In this document: positions 1 to 8,833 of the stretch, piece after piece | Layout of the letters: the number at the start of each line of letters is the position of its first letter | Position numbering within the stretch: position 1 is the stretch's first letter | DNA from: an uncultured bacterium | GTDB taxonomy: Bacteria > Krumholzibacteriota > Krumholzibacteriia > JACNKJ01 | Reading direction: 5' to 3' | DNA length: 64,000 nt | Assembly (NCBI GenBank): GCA_963695095.1 | Contig: CAVOFT010000001.1 | Span: 2,752,001-2,816,000, forward strand | Program-made: the position numbers and the translations under genes | The notes under the pieces: model-generated | What the model saw: the letters and a program-made list of their open reading frames with translations, nothing else | What the model was told of the DNA's origin: nothing | Databases searched by the model: none

Positions 1-1278
1 GTTCCGCACTGCCCGCCGCGGCGCGGTGGCTGCATCTGGGTAACGCTCGTCCTGCTCGCCGCCGGCTGCACGAACGAGCGCGCCGGCGAGCGCGCCAGCC
101 TCAGTCTCTGGGCGCATGCCGGCCAGGCCGGCGAGCGCGCGGCGCTCGAGGCGACCGTCGCCCGCTTCAATGCGGCGCAGGACACGCTGCATCTCGAAAT
201 CACGCTGCTGCCCGAGGGCGGCTACAACGCCCAGGTCCAGGCCGCCGCGCTGGCCGGCGACCTGCCCGATCTGCTCGAATTCGACGGCCCCTTCCTCCAC
301 GCCTATGCCGCCGCCGGCCACCTGCAGCCCATCGCGCCCCTGCTACCCGATAGCCTGCGCCGCGATCTGCTGCCGAGCCTGATCGCCCAGGGCAGTCTGG
401 GGGATAGCCTCTATGCCGTCGGCCAGTTCGACTCCGGACTCGGCCTCTACGGACGCCGCAGCCACATCGTCGCCGCCGGCGCCCGCCTGCCATCGGGGCC
501 GACCGACGCCTGGAGCGAGGCGGAGTTCGCGGCGCTGCTGGAGGCGCTGGCCCCGGCAGACCCCGACGGCGCAGTGCTGGACCTGCATCTGGACTACCGC
601 GGGGAGTGGCTCAGCTACGCCTTCCTGCCCTGGCTCTGGTCGGCAGGCGGCGGCCTGCTTGGCGCGGGACCGGCGCCGCGCGCGACCGGCACGCTGGATT
701 CTGCCGCCAACCTGCGCGTGCTGCGCGCGCTGCAGGGCTGGCTCGCCGCCGGTCGCATCGATCCCAACGTGGACGGCGCTGCCTTCACGGCCGGCCGCGT
801 TGCGCTCTCCCTCGGCGGGCACTGGAACTACCCCGCCTACCATGCGGCCTGGGGGGATGATCTGGTCCTCCTCCCCCTGCCCGACTGGGGCCGGGGCAGC
901 ATCTCCGCGCAGGGCTCCTGGCAGTGGGGCGTCACGCGGGGGGCCGCCGCCGAGGCGGCCGGCAGCTGCCTGCGCGCCTTGCTCGCACCGGAAGCGCTGC
1001 TCGCGGTCTGCGCCGCCAACGGCGCGGTGCCGGGCCGCCAGAGCCTCCTCGCGCGCTCGCCGCTCTATGCGCCGGGCGGTCCGCTGCGTCTCTTCGCCGA
1101 GTTGCTGCTGGGCGGCTTCACCCGGCCGCGCCCGCGCTCGGCCGCCTACCCGCTGCTCAGCTCCCGCTTCCAGGCGCTCTTCGAGGACCTGCGCGCGGGT
1201 GCGGAACCGGCGGCCCTGCTCGCTCGCAGCGCCGCTGCCATCGACGCCGAGCTGGCCGCGCAGGAAGCCGCGCCGTGA
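1..1278 (+). CDS. Sugar ABC transporter substrate-binding lipoprotein (5' end truncated by window edge)
   Basis: Frame 1 is open from base 1: hydrophobic stretch with lipobox LLAAGC, then SLWAHAG..RFNAAQ..ALAGDLPDLLEFDGP, typical of family 1 extracellular solute-binding proteins. The ORF track only shows it from 574. Confidence 0.9.
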   Translation, partial: VPHCPPRRGGCIWVTLVLLAAGCTNERAGERASLSLWAHAGQAGERAALEATVARFNAAQDTLHLEITLLPEGGYNAQVQAAALAGDLPDLLEFDGPFLHAYAAAGHLQPIAPLLPDSLRRDLLPSLIAQGSLGDSLYAVGQFDSGLGLYGRRSHIVAAGARLPSGPTDAWSEAEFAALLEALAPADPDGAVLDLHLDYRGEWLSYAFLPWLWSAGGGLLGAGPAPRATGTLDSAANLRVLRALQGWLAAGRIDPNVDGAAFTAGRVALSLGGHWNYPAYHAAWGDDLVLLPLPDWGRGSISAQGSWQWGVTRGAAAEAAGSCLRALLAPEALLAVCAANGAVPGRQSLLARSPLYAPGGPLRLFAELLLGGFTRPRPRSAAYPLLSSRFQALFEDLRAGAEPAALLARSAAAIDAELAAQEAAP

Positions 1279-2171
1279 GGCGCGGGCAGCGACTGGACCT
1301 GGACACCCCGGCCGGCCCCCTCCTGGCCGCTCCCGCCCTCGCCGGCCTCCTCCTCTTCGTGGCGCTTCCCTTCGCGCTCGCCCTCGGCCTCTCGCTCACG
1401 GATGCGCGGCTGGGCGCGCAGGCAGCGCCGCGCTTCATCGGCCTCGCCCAGTACGCGACCCTGCTCCGCGATCCCGAGTTCCGGCGCACGCTGGCCAACA
1501 CCCTGCTCTTCGCCGCGGGCATCGTGCCGGCGCAGACGGCCCTGGCCCTCGGTCTGGCCCTGCTGCTGGCCGGCAGGCAGCCCGGCAACGCGGCCCTGCG
1601 CCTGGGCTTCTTCCTGCCCGTGGCCTTCCCGCTCTCCCTCGTGTCCGTGATCTGGATTCTCATCCTCGCCCCCGGCGAGCAGGGCCTGCTCAATGCCCTG
1701 CTCGGTCTGCTCAGCGGCGGCGCCTGGCGGACCCGGGACTTCCTGCGCGATCCGGTCCTGGCCCTGCCGGCCCTGATGCTGGTCAGCCTCTGGCAAGGTG
1801 TCGGCCTGCAGATGATCATCCTCATCGCCGGCCTGCAGGGCATTCCGAGCGCGCGCTACGAGGCGGCGGCGGTGGACGGCGCCGGCCGCTGGCAGCGCTT
1901 TCGCCACGTCACCTTGCCCGGCTTGCGGAGCCCCCTGGCCTTCGTGATCGTCATCACGACCATTCTGGCCGCGCGCCTCTTCGACCAGGTGCAGATCATG
2001 ACGCGCGGCGGCCCCAGCGGCCGCACGAGCGTGATCGTCTTCGCGACGGTGCGCGCGGTCTTCGAGCGCCAGCAGCTCGCGCGCGCCAGTGCGATGACGG
2101 TGCTACTCGCGCTCCTGGTGCTGGGCCTGGCGCTACTGCAGCGGCGCCTGCTCGCGGGGGACCGCCGATGA
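1275..2171 (+). CDS. Carbohydrate ABC transporter permease (MalF/UgpA-like)
   Basis: GTGA overlap with the upstream stop; multiple TM segments; EAA motif YEAAAVDGAGRWQRFRHVTLP. Confidence 0.92.
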   Translation: MRRGQRLDLDTPAGPLLAAPALAGLLLFVALPFALALGLSLTDARLGAQAAPRFIGLAQYATLLRDPEFRRTLANTLLFAAGIVPAQTALALGLALLLAGRQPGNAALRLGFFLPVAFPLSLVSVIWILILAPGEQGLLNALLGLLSGGAWRTRDFLRDPVLALPALMLVSLWQGVGLQMIILIAGLQGIPSARYEAAAVDGAGRWQRFRHVTLPGLRSPLAFVIVITTILAARLFDQVQIMTRGGPSGRTSVIVFATVRAVFERQQLARASAMTVLLALLVLGLALLQRRLLAGDRR

Positions 2172-3004
2172 GCGCCCGCGGCGGCCGCCGCCTGCTCTGG
2201 CGCCAGAGCCTGCTCTTCGCGGCACTGGCGGTCTATCTGCTGCCGCTGCTCCTGATGGTGCTCGGCAGTTTCAAGCCCGACGCGCGCGTACTCGCCGAGG
2301 CCGGCACGCCGAGCGGCTTCCTGCCGCGAGACCTCGACCTGCAGAACTACCGCGACGTCTTCCAGCGCGTGGCCTTCACGCGGCTCTTCCTCAACTCCCT
2401 CCTCGTCACCGGGCTCATCACCGTGGGCAGCCTCGCCATCAATGCGGCGGCCGGCTACGCGCTGGCCCGCCTGCGCTGGCGCGGACGCGGCCTGGCGATG
2501 ACGGGCGTCCTCGCCCTGCTCGTCGTGCCCCTGGAGGCCTTCGTGGTGCCGCTGTTCACCGTGGTCGGCCGCCTCGGCCTGCGCGACACCTACGCCGCCC
2601 AGGTGCTGCCCTTCCTGGCCGATGCCTTCACGATCTACCTCTTCGCCTCGTTCTTCCGCGACCTGCCGCGCGAGCTGGAGGATGCCGCGCGCGTGGACGG
2701 CGCCGGCGCTCTCAGCACTTTTCTGCGCATCATCCTGCCCAACGCCCGCCCGGCCCTGGCCGCGGCAGCCCTCGTCACCTGGCTCTTCCGCTGGGGCGCC
2801 TATCTCTGGCCCTTGCTGGTGACGGTGGGGCCGCGCGTGCGTCCCCTCCCGGTGGGCCTGGCCGCCTTCTACACGTTGCCGCCCCTGCAGTGGGGCGACA
2901 TCCTCGCCTTCGGCGTCTTGATGGTGCTACCCATCCTGCTGCTCTTCCTGTTCGGGCAGCGCTACCTCGTCGCCGGCCTGGCCGGCGGCGCGCTCAAGGA
3001 GTGA
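2168..3004 (+). CDS. Carbohydrate ABC transporter permease (MalG/UgpE-like)
   Basis: ATGA overlap; EAA motif LPRELEDAARVDGA; TM segments. Confidence 0.92.
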   Translation: MSARGGRRLLWRQSLLFAALAVYLLPLLLMVLGSFKPDARVLAEAGTPSGFLPRDLDLQNYRDVFQRVAFTRLFLNSLLVTGLITVGSLAINAAAGYALARLRWRGRGLAMTGVLALLVVPLEAFVVPLFTVVGRLGLRDTYAAQVLPFLADAFTIYLFASFFRDLPRELEDAARVDGAGALSTFLRIILPNARPALAAAALVTWLFRWGAYLWPLLVTVGPRVRPLPVGLAAFYTLPPLQWGDILAFGVLMVLPILLLFLFGQRYLVAGLAGGALKE

Positions 3005-3888
3005 TGCGCATGGCCCCCGTGCTCTGCTTCGGCGAACTGCTCTGGGACGAGCTGCCCGCGGGCCCTCGCCTCGGCGGCGCCCCCGCCAACGTGGCCTACC
3101 ATCTCGCGCAGCTCGGCGTAGCGGTGCGCCTGGTCAGCGCCGTCGGCGCCGATCCGCGCGGGGACGAGGCCCTGGCCCGCCTCGCCGCTGCGGGCGTGGA
3201 CGTCGCTCTCGTGGCGCGGCAGGCGGAGCTGCCCACCGGACGCGTCCGCGTTCAGCTCGCAGCGGATGGACCGCACTATCGCATCGAGGAGGGCGTGGCC
3301 TGGGACGACATCGCCTTCGCTCCCGTTTTGCGCGAGGCGGCGACGGCGGCGAGCGCTCTCGTCTTCGGTACACTGGCCCAGCGCACGGCGCCGAACCGCG
3401 CCACGCTTTCCGCACTCCTCGCTGCGGCCGGCACCGCGGTCAAGGTCTGTGACCTCAACTTCCGGTCGCCCTTCATCGCCGCAGCAGCGGTCGCGGATAG
3501 CCTGCGCCGCGCCGACATCGTCAAGCTCAACGCGGATGAACTCGCGGCGTTGCCCGATTTGCTTGCGCTACCCGCGGGTGCGGAGTTCCCGCAGCGTCTC
3601 CTGGCGGAGTTCAACCTGCGACGGATCGTCATCACCCGTGGGGAACTGGGCTGCTGGATCCTGGACGCAGCAGGGCGGGTGGAGGCGGCGGCGCCGGCGG
3701 CGAGCGTCGCGGACAGCGTCGGCGCCGGCGATGCCTTCACCGCCGTGCTGGTCTACGGCGAGCTGCAAGGGTGGTCGCCGGCCCGCATCGCGCGCGCGGC
3801 CTGCGCCGCCGGCGCTTTCGTCGCCAGCCAGCCGGGGGCCATGCCCACCTGGCCGCCCGCGCTGCGCGAGCGGCTGCTGGCCGACTGA
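3004..3888 (+). CDS. PfkB-family carbohydrate kinase, probable fructokinase
   Basis: CFGELLWD, GGAPANVA, DLNFR, VKLN and the PfkB signature DSVGAGDAF; TGATG coupling to the permease; sucrose gene context. Confidence 0.88.
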   Translation: MRMAPVLCFGELLWDELPAGPRLGGAPANVAYHLAQLGVAVRLVSAVGADPRGDEALARLAAAGVDVALVARQAELPTGRVRVQLAADGPHYRIEEGVAWDDIAFAPVLREAATAASALVFGTLAQRTAPNRATLSALLAAAGTAVKVCDLNFRSPFIAAAAVADSLRRADIVKLNADELAALPDLLALPAGAEFPQRLLAEFNLRRIVITRGELGCWILDAAGRVEAAAPAASVADSVGAGDAFTAVLVYGELQGWSPARIARAACAAGAFVASQPGAMPTWPPALRERLLAD

Positions 3889-3909
3889 GCGGGGAACTCC
3901 AGGCCTGCT

Positions 3910-6357
3910 TCAGTGCAGCTCGGGCCAGGTCTCGGCGACCAGGCGGTCGAGCAGGAGGTGGTGCAGAGCCTCCACGTAGCCGCGGCGCACTTCACGCTGG
4001 AACGGAAAGAGCGCGTGCCAGAGACCGTAGAGCCCCTGGGCCTGGATCAGGCGGCGAGCGTGCCCCGGCCAGGAGAAGTGCTCGTGCACGCGGCGCAGGC
4101 CGGCGTGGCTGACCGCCTCCCAGCGCCCGTCGCCAGTCGGCGGCGCCAGCAGGGTCAGCACGGCCTGCTCGATCTCGACGGGCCGGTTGGGATCGACGAG
4201 GAAACCGCTCACCCCGTCCTCGATGATCGAGGCCGGCCCGCCGTAGCGCGTGGCGACCACGGGCAGGCCGCAGGCCATCGCCTCGATCACGGTGAGTCCG
4301 AAGGCCTCGTAAAGGGCCGGCTGCACGAAGACGCCGCGCCCGCGTGCCACGAAGCGATAGAAGTCCGCAACGAGCAGGCGTGCGCAGTCGGCAGGCAGCC
4401 AGCGCACGCAGCCGCGCATCGCCTCGCTGGCCAGCAGCTCGTGCATGAGCTTGATCTGTTCGCGCTCCTCGTGGTCCTTGCTGTCCTCCAGGCGCGTCAC
4501 GCCCGAGACGATGAGCAGATTGCAGGCCGCAGGCAGCCCGGGCCGCCGCGTGAAGGCGCGCACCAGTCCCGTCAGGTTCTTGATGCGATCCAGGCGCGCC
4601 ATCGTCAGCAGCAGCGGCTTGTCCGGATCGCGGAGCTCGCCGAGCGCTCCCGGCACGGCCTCTGCGCCGACGACCATCCGCTCCACCCGCCGCTCGCGGT
4701 CGGCGTCCCCGCTGCGCAGGTTGCCGGCGGAATGGAAGCGCTCGGTGTCCGTGCCCGGCGGATTGATCATGAAGCGCGAAGAATGGATGTTGAAGCCGCT
4801 GTGCACGCGGTAGCAGCCGGGCAGGGTGAAGGCCTCGTAGGTCTCGTACTGACCCATCTCGCGCCGGCCGCCTGCGATCTCCTGGTAAGAGCTGGTCTGG
4901 ATGATGTCCGCGGTGTTCGTCGCCAGCACGTCGGCGAGGAAGTGGATGGAGAAGTGGTAGTCGCGCTCCAGATCCCGCCAGTGAAGGTCGCTGAGCAGGT
5001 ACTTCGACTTTTCGAGGGCATGGGCGACGACGACGAGCGGCACGCCCCAGACGCGCGCGAGCAGGGAGGCCGTCAGGTTGCCGTCCGCATAATTGCCGAC
5101 CACGAAATCCGGGCGCGCCCCCCAGTGCCCCTCCACCACCGCCAGCGACTCCTCGGCGAAGCGCTCCAGATAGGGCCAGACCTGGAAGCGGGAGATCCAC
5201 GGTCGCAGCATCTGGCCGTCCGGACCGCGGAAGGGCACGCGCAGGATCGCCGCGCGGCGTGCGCCCTGGATGCGCTCCAGCGGCCGATCGCAGGTGCTGC
5301 CGGCTGCCTCGGGGATCAGCCGCGTGAGCACCAGCACCTCGGGCTCGAGCTCCACGCCGGCATCGCGCCACACCCGCCGCAGGTGCTTCTCCAGTGCGCG
5401 CGCCTGGTCGAGCAGGTAGACCACCTGGCCGCCGGTGTCCGGCCGGCCGAGCACGTCCTTCTGGGCAAACCAGCCGTGCACGCTCACGAGCAGCACCCGC
5501 TCGACGAGGGGCAGCCGGTTCATCAGTGCGCCGAGGTCCTCGGCACAGGGATCGCGCAGGAGGCGGTCGAGCAGGGCCAGGGTCTCGCAGGCCTGGCCGG
5601 CCGTGCGGCCCCAGCCCGGCGCCAGATCGAGGACGGCGAGCTCCGCGTCGAGGTCAGCCATCGGCACCGCGGCGGGCAGCCCCGCCAGCAGCTCCTGCGC
5701 CTGGCGCAAGCGGCGGCGCAGGACGGCGACATCGGCAGGCGGTGTCCGGAAGAACAGGGCCTGCCCGCCCCCGCGCCGGCCACTGAGCCAGGCCAGCAGG
5801 CGCGGCGGCAGCGCCGCGGGCTCGTCGCGAAGCGCCGCTTCGATCATGCCGGCCAGGCGCTGCGTGCCATTGCCGATGTCGGCCTGCGCGCCGGTCTCTT
5901 CCGGCAATACCTGGAAGGGTCGGAAGTCGATGCCGAAGTCGATGTGCCCATTCAAAGGCTGGCCCAGGATCAGGCCCTCGCGCAGGCGCAGGAACTCGCG
6001 CACGCCGAGCAGGCGCACGGCGCTATCGGCGCGGGCGCTCCCCGCCAGTGCGACGGCATAGGCCCGGCGCAGGCCGGGTTCCTCGCGCAGCACGAAACAC
6101 GCTGTGCTGTCGAGGAAGTCCACCTCTTCGGCGATGTCGACGCGGGCGCCGAGCCCGCGGCGCAAGCGCGCACGCTGCTCCGGCGGCCGCGTCTGCAGGA
6201 AGCGCTGGAAGCTCCGTCGCACCTGATCGCGCAGCACGATGCCCGCACGGCGATCGGGCAGGCCCTCGCGCAGGAGCGTCGCAAACTCGGCCAGCTCCGC
6301 GCGGTCCGCGTCGCACCAGGCACGCACGCTCCAATGGCTGATGTCGTGCTGCATCAC
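3910..6357 (-). CDS. susA: Sucrose synthase (GT4)
   Basis: 815 aa; HGWFAQKDVLGRPDTGGQVVYLLDQARALE, WISRFQVWPYLERF, GNYADGNL, HALEKSKY, MARLDRIKNLTGLV, EAFGLTVIEAMACGLP. Start is GTG 6357 or ATG 6354. Confidence 0.93.
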   Translation of the reverse strand: MMQHDISHWSVRAWCDADRAELAEFATLLREGLPDRRAGIVLRDQVRRSFQRFLQTRPPEQRARLRRGLGARVDIAEEVDFLDSTACFVLREEPGLRRAYAVALAGSARADSAVRLLGVREFLRLREGLILGQPLNGHIDFGIDFRPFQVLPEETGAQADIGNGTQRLAGMIEAALRDEPAALPPRLLAWLSGRRGGGQALFFRTPPADVAVLRRRLRQAQELLAGLPAAVPMADLDAELAVLDLAPGWGRTAGQACETLALLDRLLRDPCAEDLGALMNRLPLVERVLLVSVHGWFAQKDVLGRPDTGGQVVYLLDQARALEKHLRRVWRDAGVELEPEVLVLTRLIPEAAGSTCDRPLERIQGARRAAILRVPFRGPDGQMLRPWISRFQVWPYLERFAEESLAVVEGHWGARPDFVVGNYADGNLTASLLARVWGVPLVVVAHALEKSKYLLSDLHWRDLERDYHFSIHFLADVLATNTADIIQTSSYQEIAGGRREMGQYETYEAFTLPGCYRVHSGFNIHSSRFMINPPGTDTERFHSAGNLRSGDADRERRVERMVVGAEAVPGALGELRDPDKPLLLTMARLDRIKNLTGLVRAFTRRPGLPAACNLLIVSGVTRLEDSKDHEEREQIKLMHELLASEAMRGCVRWLPADCARLLVADFYRFVARGRGVFVQPALYEAFGLTVIEAMACGLPVVATRYGGPASIIEDGVSGFLVDPNRPVEIEQAVLTLLAPPTGDGRWEAVSHAGLRRVHEHFSWPGHARRLIQAQGLYGLWHALFPFQREVRRGYVEALHHLLLDRLVAETWPELH

Positions 6358-6396
6358 AATCCTCGCGATCGAACGACAGAAGCGACTTCACCTCGC

Positions 6397-6425
6397 ACTA
6401 TAGCCAGCAAGCCCTTGCTGCGCAA
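6397..6425 (-). promoter_or_regulatory. Putative sigma70 promoter for sucrose synthase
   Basis: TTGCGC-N17-TATAGT on the minus strand. Confidence 0.55.
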
Positions 6426-6519
6426 GGATTCGGGGTTTGCGCTTGGCCGTCGCTCAATCGCCGTGCTAGGCTGCATGCGTCAGAGTATGCCCTCCACACG
6501 CGAGCCAGAGGAGCGCGGC

Positions 6520-8709
6520 ATGGCGAATCGCCCGCTCTACATTCAGCTCTTCCATCTGCACGGCCTCTTCCGCGGCGAGAACCTGGAGCTCGGTCGCGAC
6601 GCCGACACCGGCGGCCAGACCAAGTACGTGCTCGAGCTGGCCAACGCGTTGGCGCGCGACGAGGGCGTCGCCAGCGTGGATGTCTTCACCCGACGCATCG
6701 AGGACTCGCGGGTGAGCCCGGACTATGCCCAGCCGCTCGAACACCTGGGCCGCAAGCTCCGCATCGTGCGCATCCGCTGTGGCGGGCCGCGCTACCGGCG
6801 CAAGGAGCTACTCTGGCCGCACCTCGACGAGTTCGTCGACAACTGCCTGCGCTTCATGCGGGCCCGCGATCTCGTCCCCGATATCATGCACGCGCACTAC
6901 GCCGATGCCGGCTATGTCGGCAGCCAGATGGCGCCCCTCTTCGGCGTACCACTGGTCTTCACGGGCCATTCGCTGGGGCGGGCCAAGCTCGAGCACCTGG
7001 CGACGGCCGGCATGAGCGAGGCGGAAGCCGATCGGCGCTACGCGATCCGTTATCGCATTGCCGTCGAGGAGCAGGTGCTCCAGCGCGCGGACCTCGTCGT
7101 CACCAGCACGCGGCAGGAGCAAAGGGACCAGTACGGCCTCTACGCCGCCGGCCTCGAGCGCAGCGCGGTAATCCCGCCGGGGATCGACGCCCGTGTCTTC
7201 CGGCCCTTCTTCCAGGCGCCGCGGGATCGCCGCAGCGTCGCCGTGCGCCGCCACCTCGAGGCAGAGCTGGCGCGATTCCACATGCAGCGGTCGAAGCCCC
7301 TCGTGCTTGCGCTGAGTCGGCCCGACCGGCGCAAGAACATCTCCGCGCTCGTCCATGCCTACGGCAGCGATCGCGCGTTGCGCCAGACGGCCAACCTGGC
7401 CATTTTCGCCGGCCTGCGCAAGGACATCAGCGGCATGCCCGACAACGAGCGCGAGGTGCTCAGCGAGATGCTGCTGCTGATGGACCGCTACGACCTCTAC
7501 GGATCGATGGCGATCCCCAAGCGGCACGACTCGGAGCAGGACGTACCGGAGCTGTACCGGCTGGCTGCGCGCAGCCGCGGGGTCTTCGTGAACCCGGCCC
7601 TCACGGAGCCCTTCGGCCTTACCCTCATCGAGGCGGCGGCGAGCGGCCTGCCGGTGGTGTCCACGCATGACGGCGGCCCGCAGGAGATCCTCGACAAGTG
7701 CGGCCACGGCGAACTGGTGGACCCGAACGACCCGGAGGCGATCGCCGCCGCGATCAAGGCCGTGATCGGCAATCCCCAGCGCTGGGCGAAGCTCTCGGCC
7801 AGCGGCATCCGCGGCGTGGAGAAGCACTACACCTGGCGGGCGCACGTGAGCAACTACCTCGCCGAGCTGGGCCGCTTCGCCCGCACCGCGCCCCAGCACA
7901 TCATCCATGGCGCCGCGCCTGAGCTGGCGATCGCGACTCGGCTGCGTCGCGTCAAGCACTTGCTGATCACGGACATCGACGACACCCTGATCGGGGATCC
8001 CGATGCCCTGCTCCGCCTCATCGCCCTGCTGGAGCGGCGCCGCGAGCTGCTCGCCTTCGGCGTGGCCACGGGCCGCCCGATCGAATCGGCCCGCGCCATC
8101 CTGGCCGCGCATGGCGTGCCGCCGCCGGATCTCACGGTCAGCTCGGTCGGTGCCGAGCTCTACTTCGGCGACGCCACCATCCCCGACCGCGGCTGGGAGA
8201 CGCACATCGCGCACCGCTGGGATCGGGAGGAGCTGGCCTCGCGCCTGGCGCGCGTGAAGGGTCTCCGGCTGCAGGAGGCGGCCACGCAACGCCGCTTCAA
8301 GCTCAGCTACTACGTGGAGCCGGCGCGTTTCCGGCGCCAGGCCCTGGACGCGGCGCTGCAGGGCGTGGAGAGCCGCTACACGCTGATCATCTCCGGCGAC
8401 GGCGCCTACCTCGACCTGCTGCCCTATCGCGCGTCCAAGGGCCAGGCCGTCCGCTACCTCGCCTACAAGTGGGACATCGCGCCGAGCACGATCCTCGTGG
8501 CCGGCGACTCGGGCAACGATCGCGAGATGCTCACCGGGCGCATGCCCGCGGTGGTCGTCGCCAATCATCGGCAGGAGCTGGCGGACCTGCGCCGACCGCG
8601 CCGACCCGGCATCTACTTCTCGGCGCACTCCCAGGCCGCAGGCATCCTGGACGGCCTGCAGCACTTCGATTTCGTTCCGGAGGAGGAGCTGCGCGCCGGC
8701 CCTTTTTGA
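6520..8709 (+). CDS. spsA: Bidomain sucrose-phosphate synthase / sucrose-phosphate phosphatase (GT4 + HAD-IIB)
   Basis: RBS GAGGAG before ATG 6520; LHGLFRGENLELGRDADTGGQTKYVLELA, HAHYADAG, TGHSLG, SRPDRRKNI, EPFGLTLIEAAA; C-terminal HAD domain with TDIDDTL, ATGR, SKGQA, GDSGND. Confidence 0.94.
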   Translation: MANRPLYIQLFHLHGLFRGENLELGRDADTGGQTKYVLELANALARDEGVASVDVFTRRIEDSRVSPDYAQPLEHLGRKLRIVRIRCGGPRYRRKELLWPHLDEFVDNCLRFMRARDLVPDIMHAHYADAGYVGSQMAPLFGVPLVFTGHSLGRAKLEHLATAGMSEAEADRRYAIRYRIAVEEQVLQRADLVVTSTRQEQRDQYGLYAAGLERSAVIPPGIDARVFRPFFQAPRDRRSVAVRRHLEAELARFHMQRSKPLVLALSRPDRRKNISALVHAYGSDRALRQTANLAIFAGLRKDISGMPDNEREVLSEMLLLMDRYDLYGSMAIPKRHDSEQDVPELYRLAARSRGVFVNPALTEPFGLTLIEAAASGLPVVSTHDGGPQEILDKCGHGELVDPNDPEAIAAAIKAVIGNPQRWAKLSASGIRGVEKHYTWRAHVSNYLAELGRFARTAPQHIIHGAAPELAIATRLRRVKHLLITDIDDTLIGDPDALLRLIALLERRRELLAFGVATGRPIESARAILAAHGVPPPDLTVSSVGAELYFGDATIPDRGWETHIAHRWDREELASRLARVKGLRLQEAATQRRFKLSYYVEPARFRRQALDAALQGVESRYTLIISGDGAYLDLLPYRASKGQAVRYLAYKWDIAPSTILVAGDSGNDREMLTGRMPAVVVANHRQELADLRRPRRPGIYFSAHSQAAGILDGLQHFDFVPEEELRAGPF

Positions 8710-8762
8710 AGCGGGCCCGCGCCGCGGGCCCACCTCGCTGAGCACAGGCCCGATCCCGGCCC

Positions 8763-8796
8763 GGGGGGAGAAGCGCTGGGCTCCCCCCCCCCCCCC
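8763..8796. terminator. GC hairpin running into a C14 tract between convergent spsA and leuS
   Basis: GGGGGGAG...CTCCCCCC stem; a second hairpin GGGCCCGC-GCC-GCGGGCCC lies just after the spsA stop. Confidence 0.45.
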
Positions 8797-8833
8797 AGCT
8801 CCTGGACTGTGGTCGCGCGCAGCGCCGTGAGGC

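Noticed and set aside
413..3004. 863-aa ORF
   Set aside because: Only 2168-3004 is a permease; the rest is an alternate frame over two real genes.
3913..8709. 1598-aa ORF suggesting a giant SPS fusion
   Set aside because: The first ~870 codons are the stop-free antisense of sucrose synthase plus the intergenic gap. The real gene starts at ATG 6520 after a clear RBS.
8783..8796. C14 homopolymer as a contingency locus
   Set aside because: Intergenic between convergent 3' ends and part of a hairpin; tract length is unreliable in this assembly.
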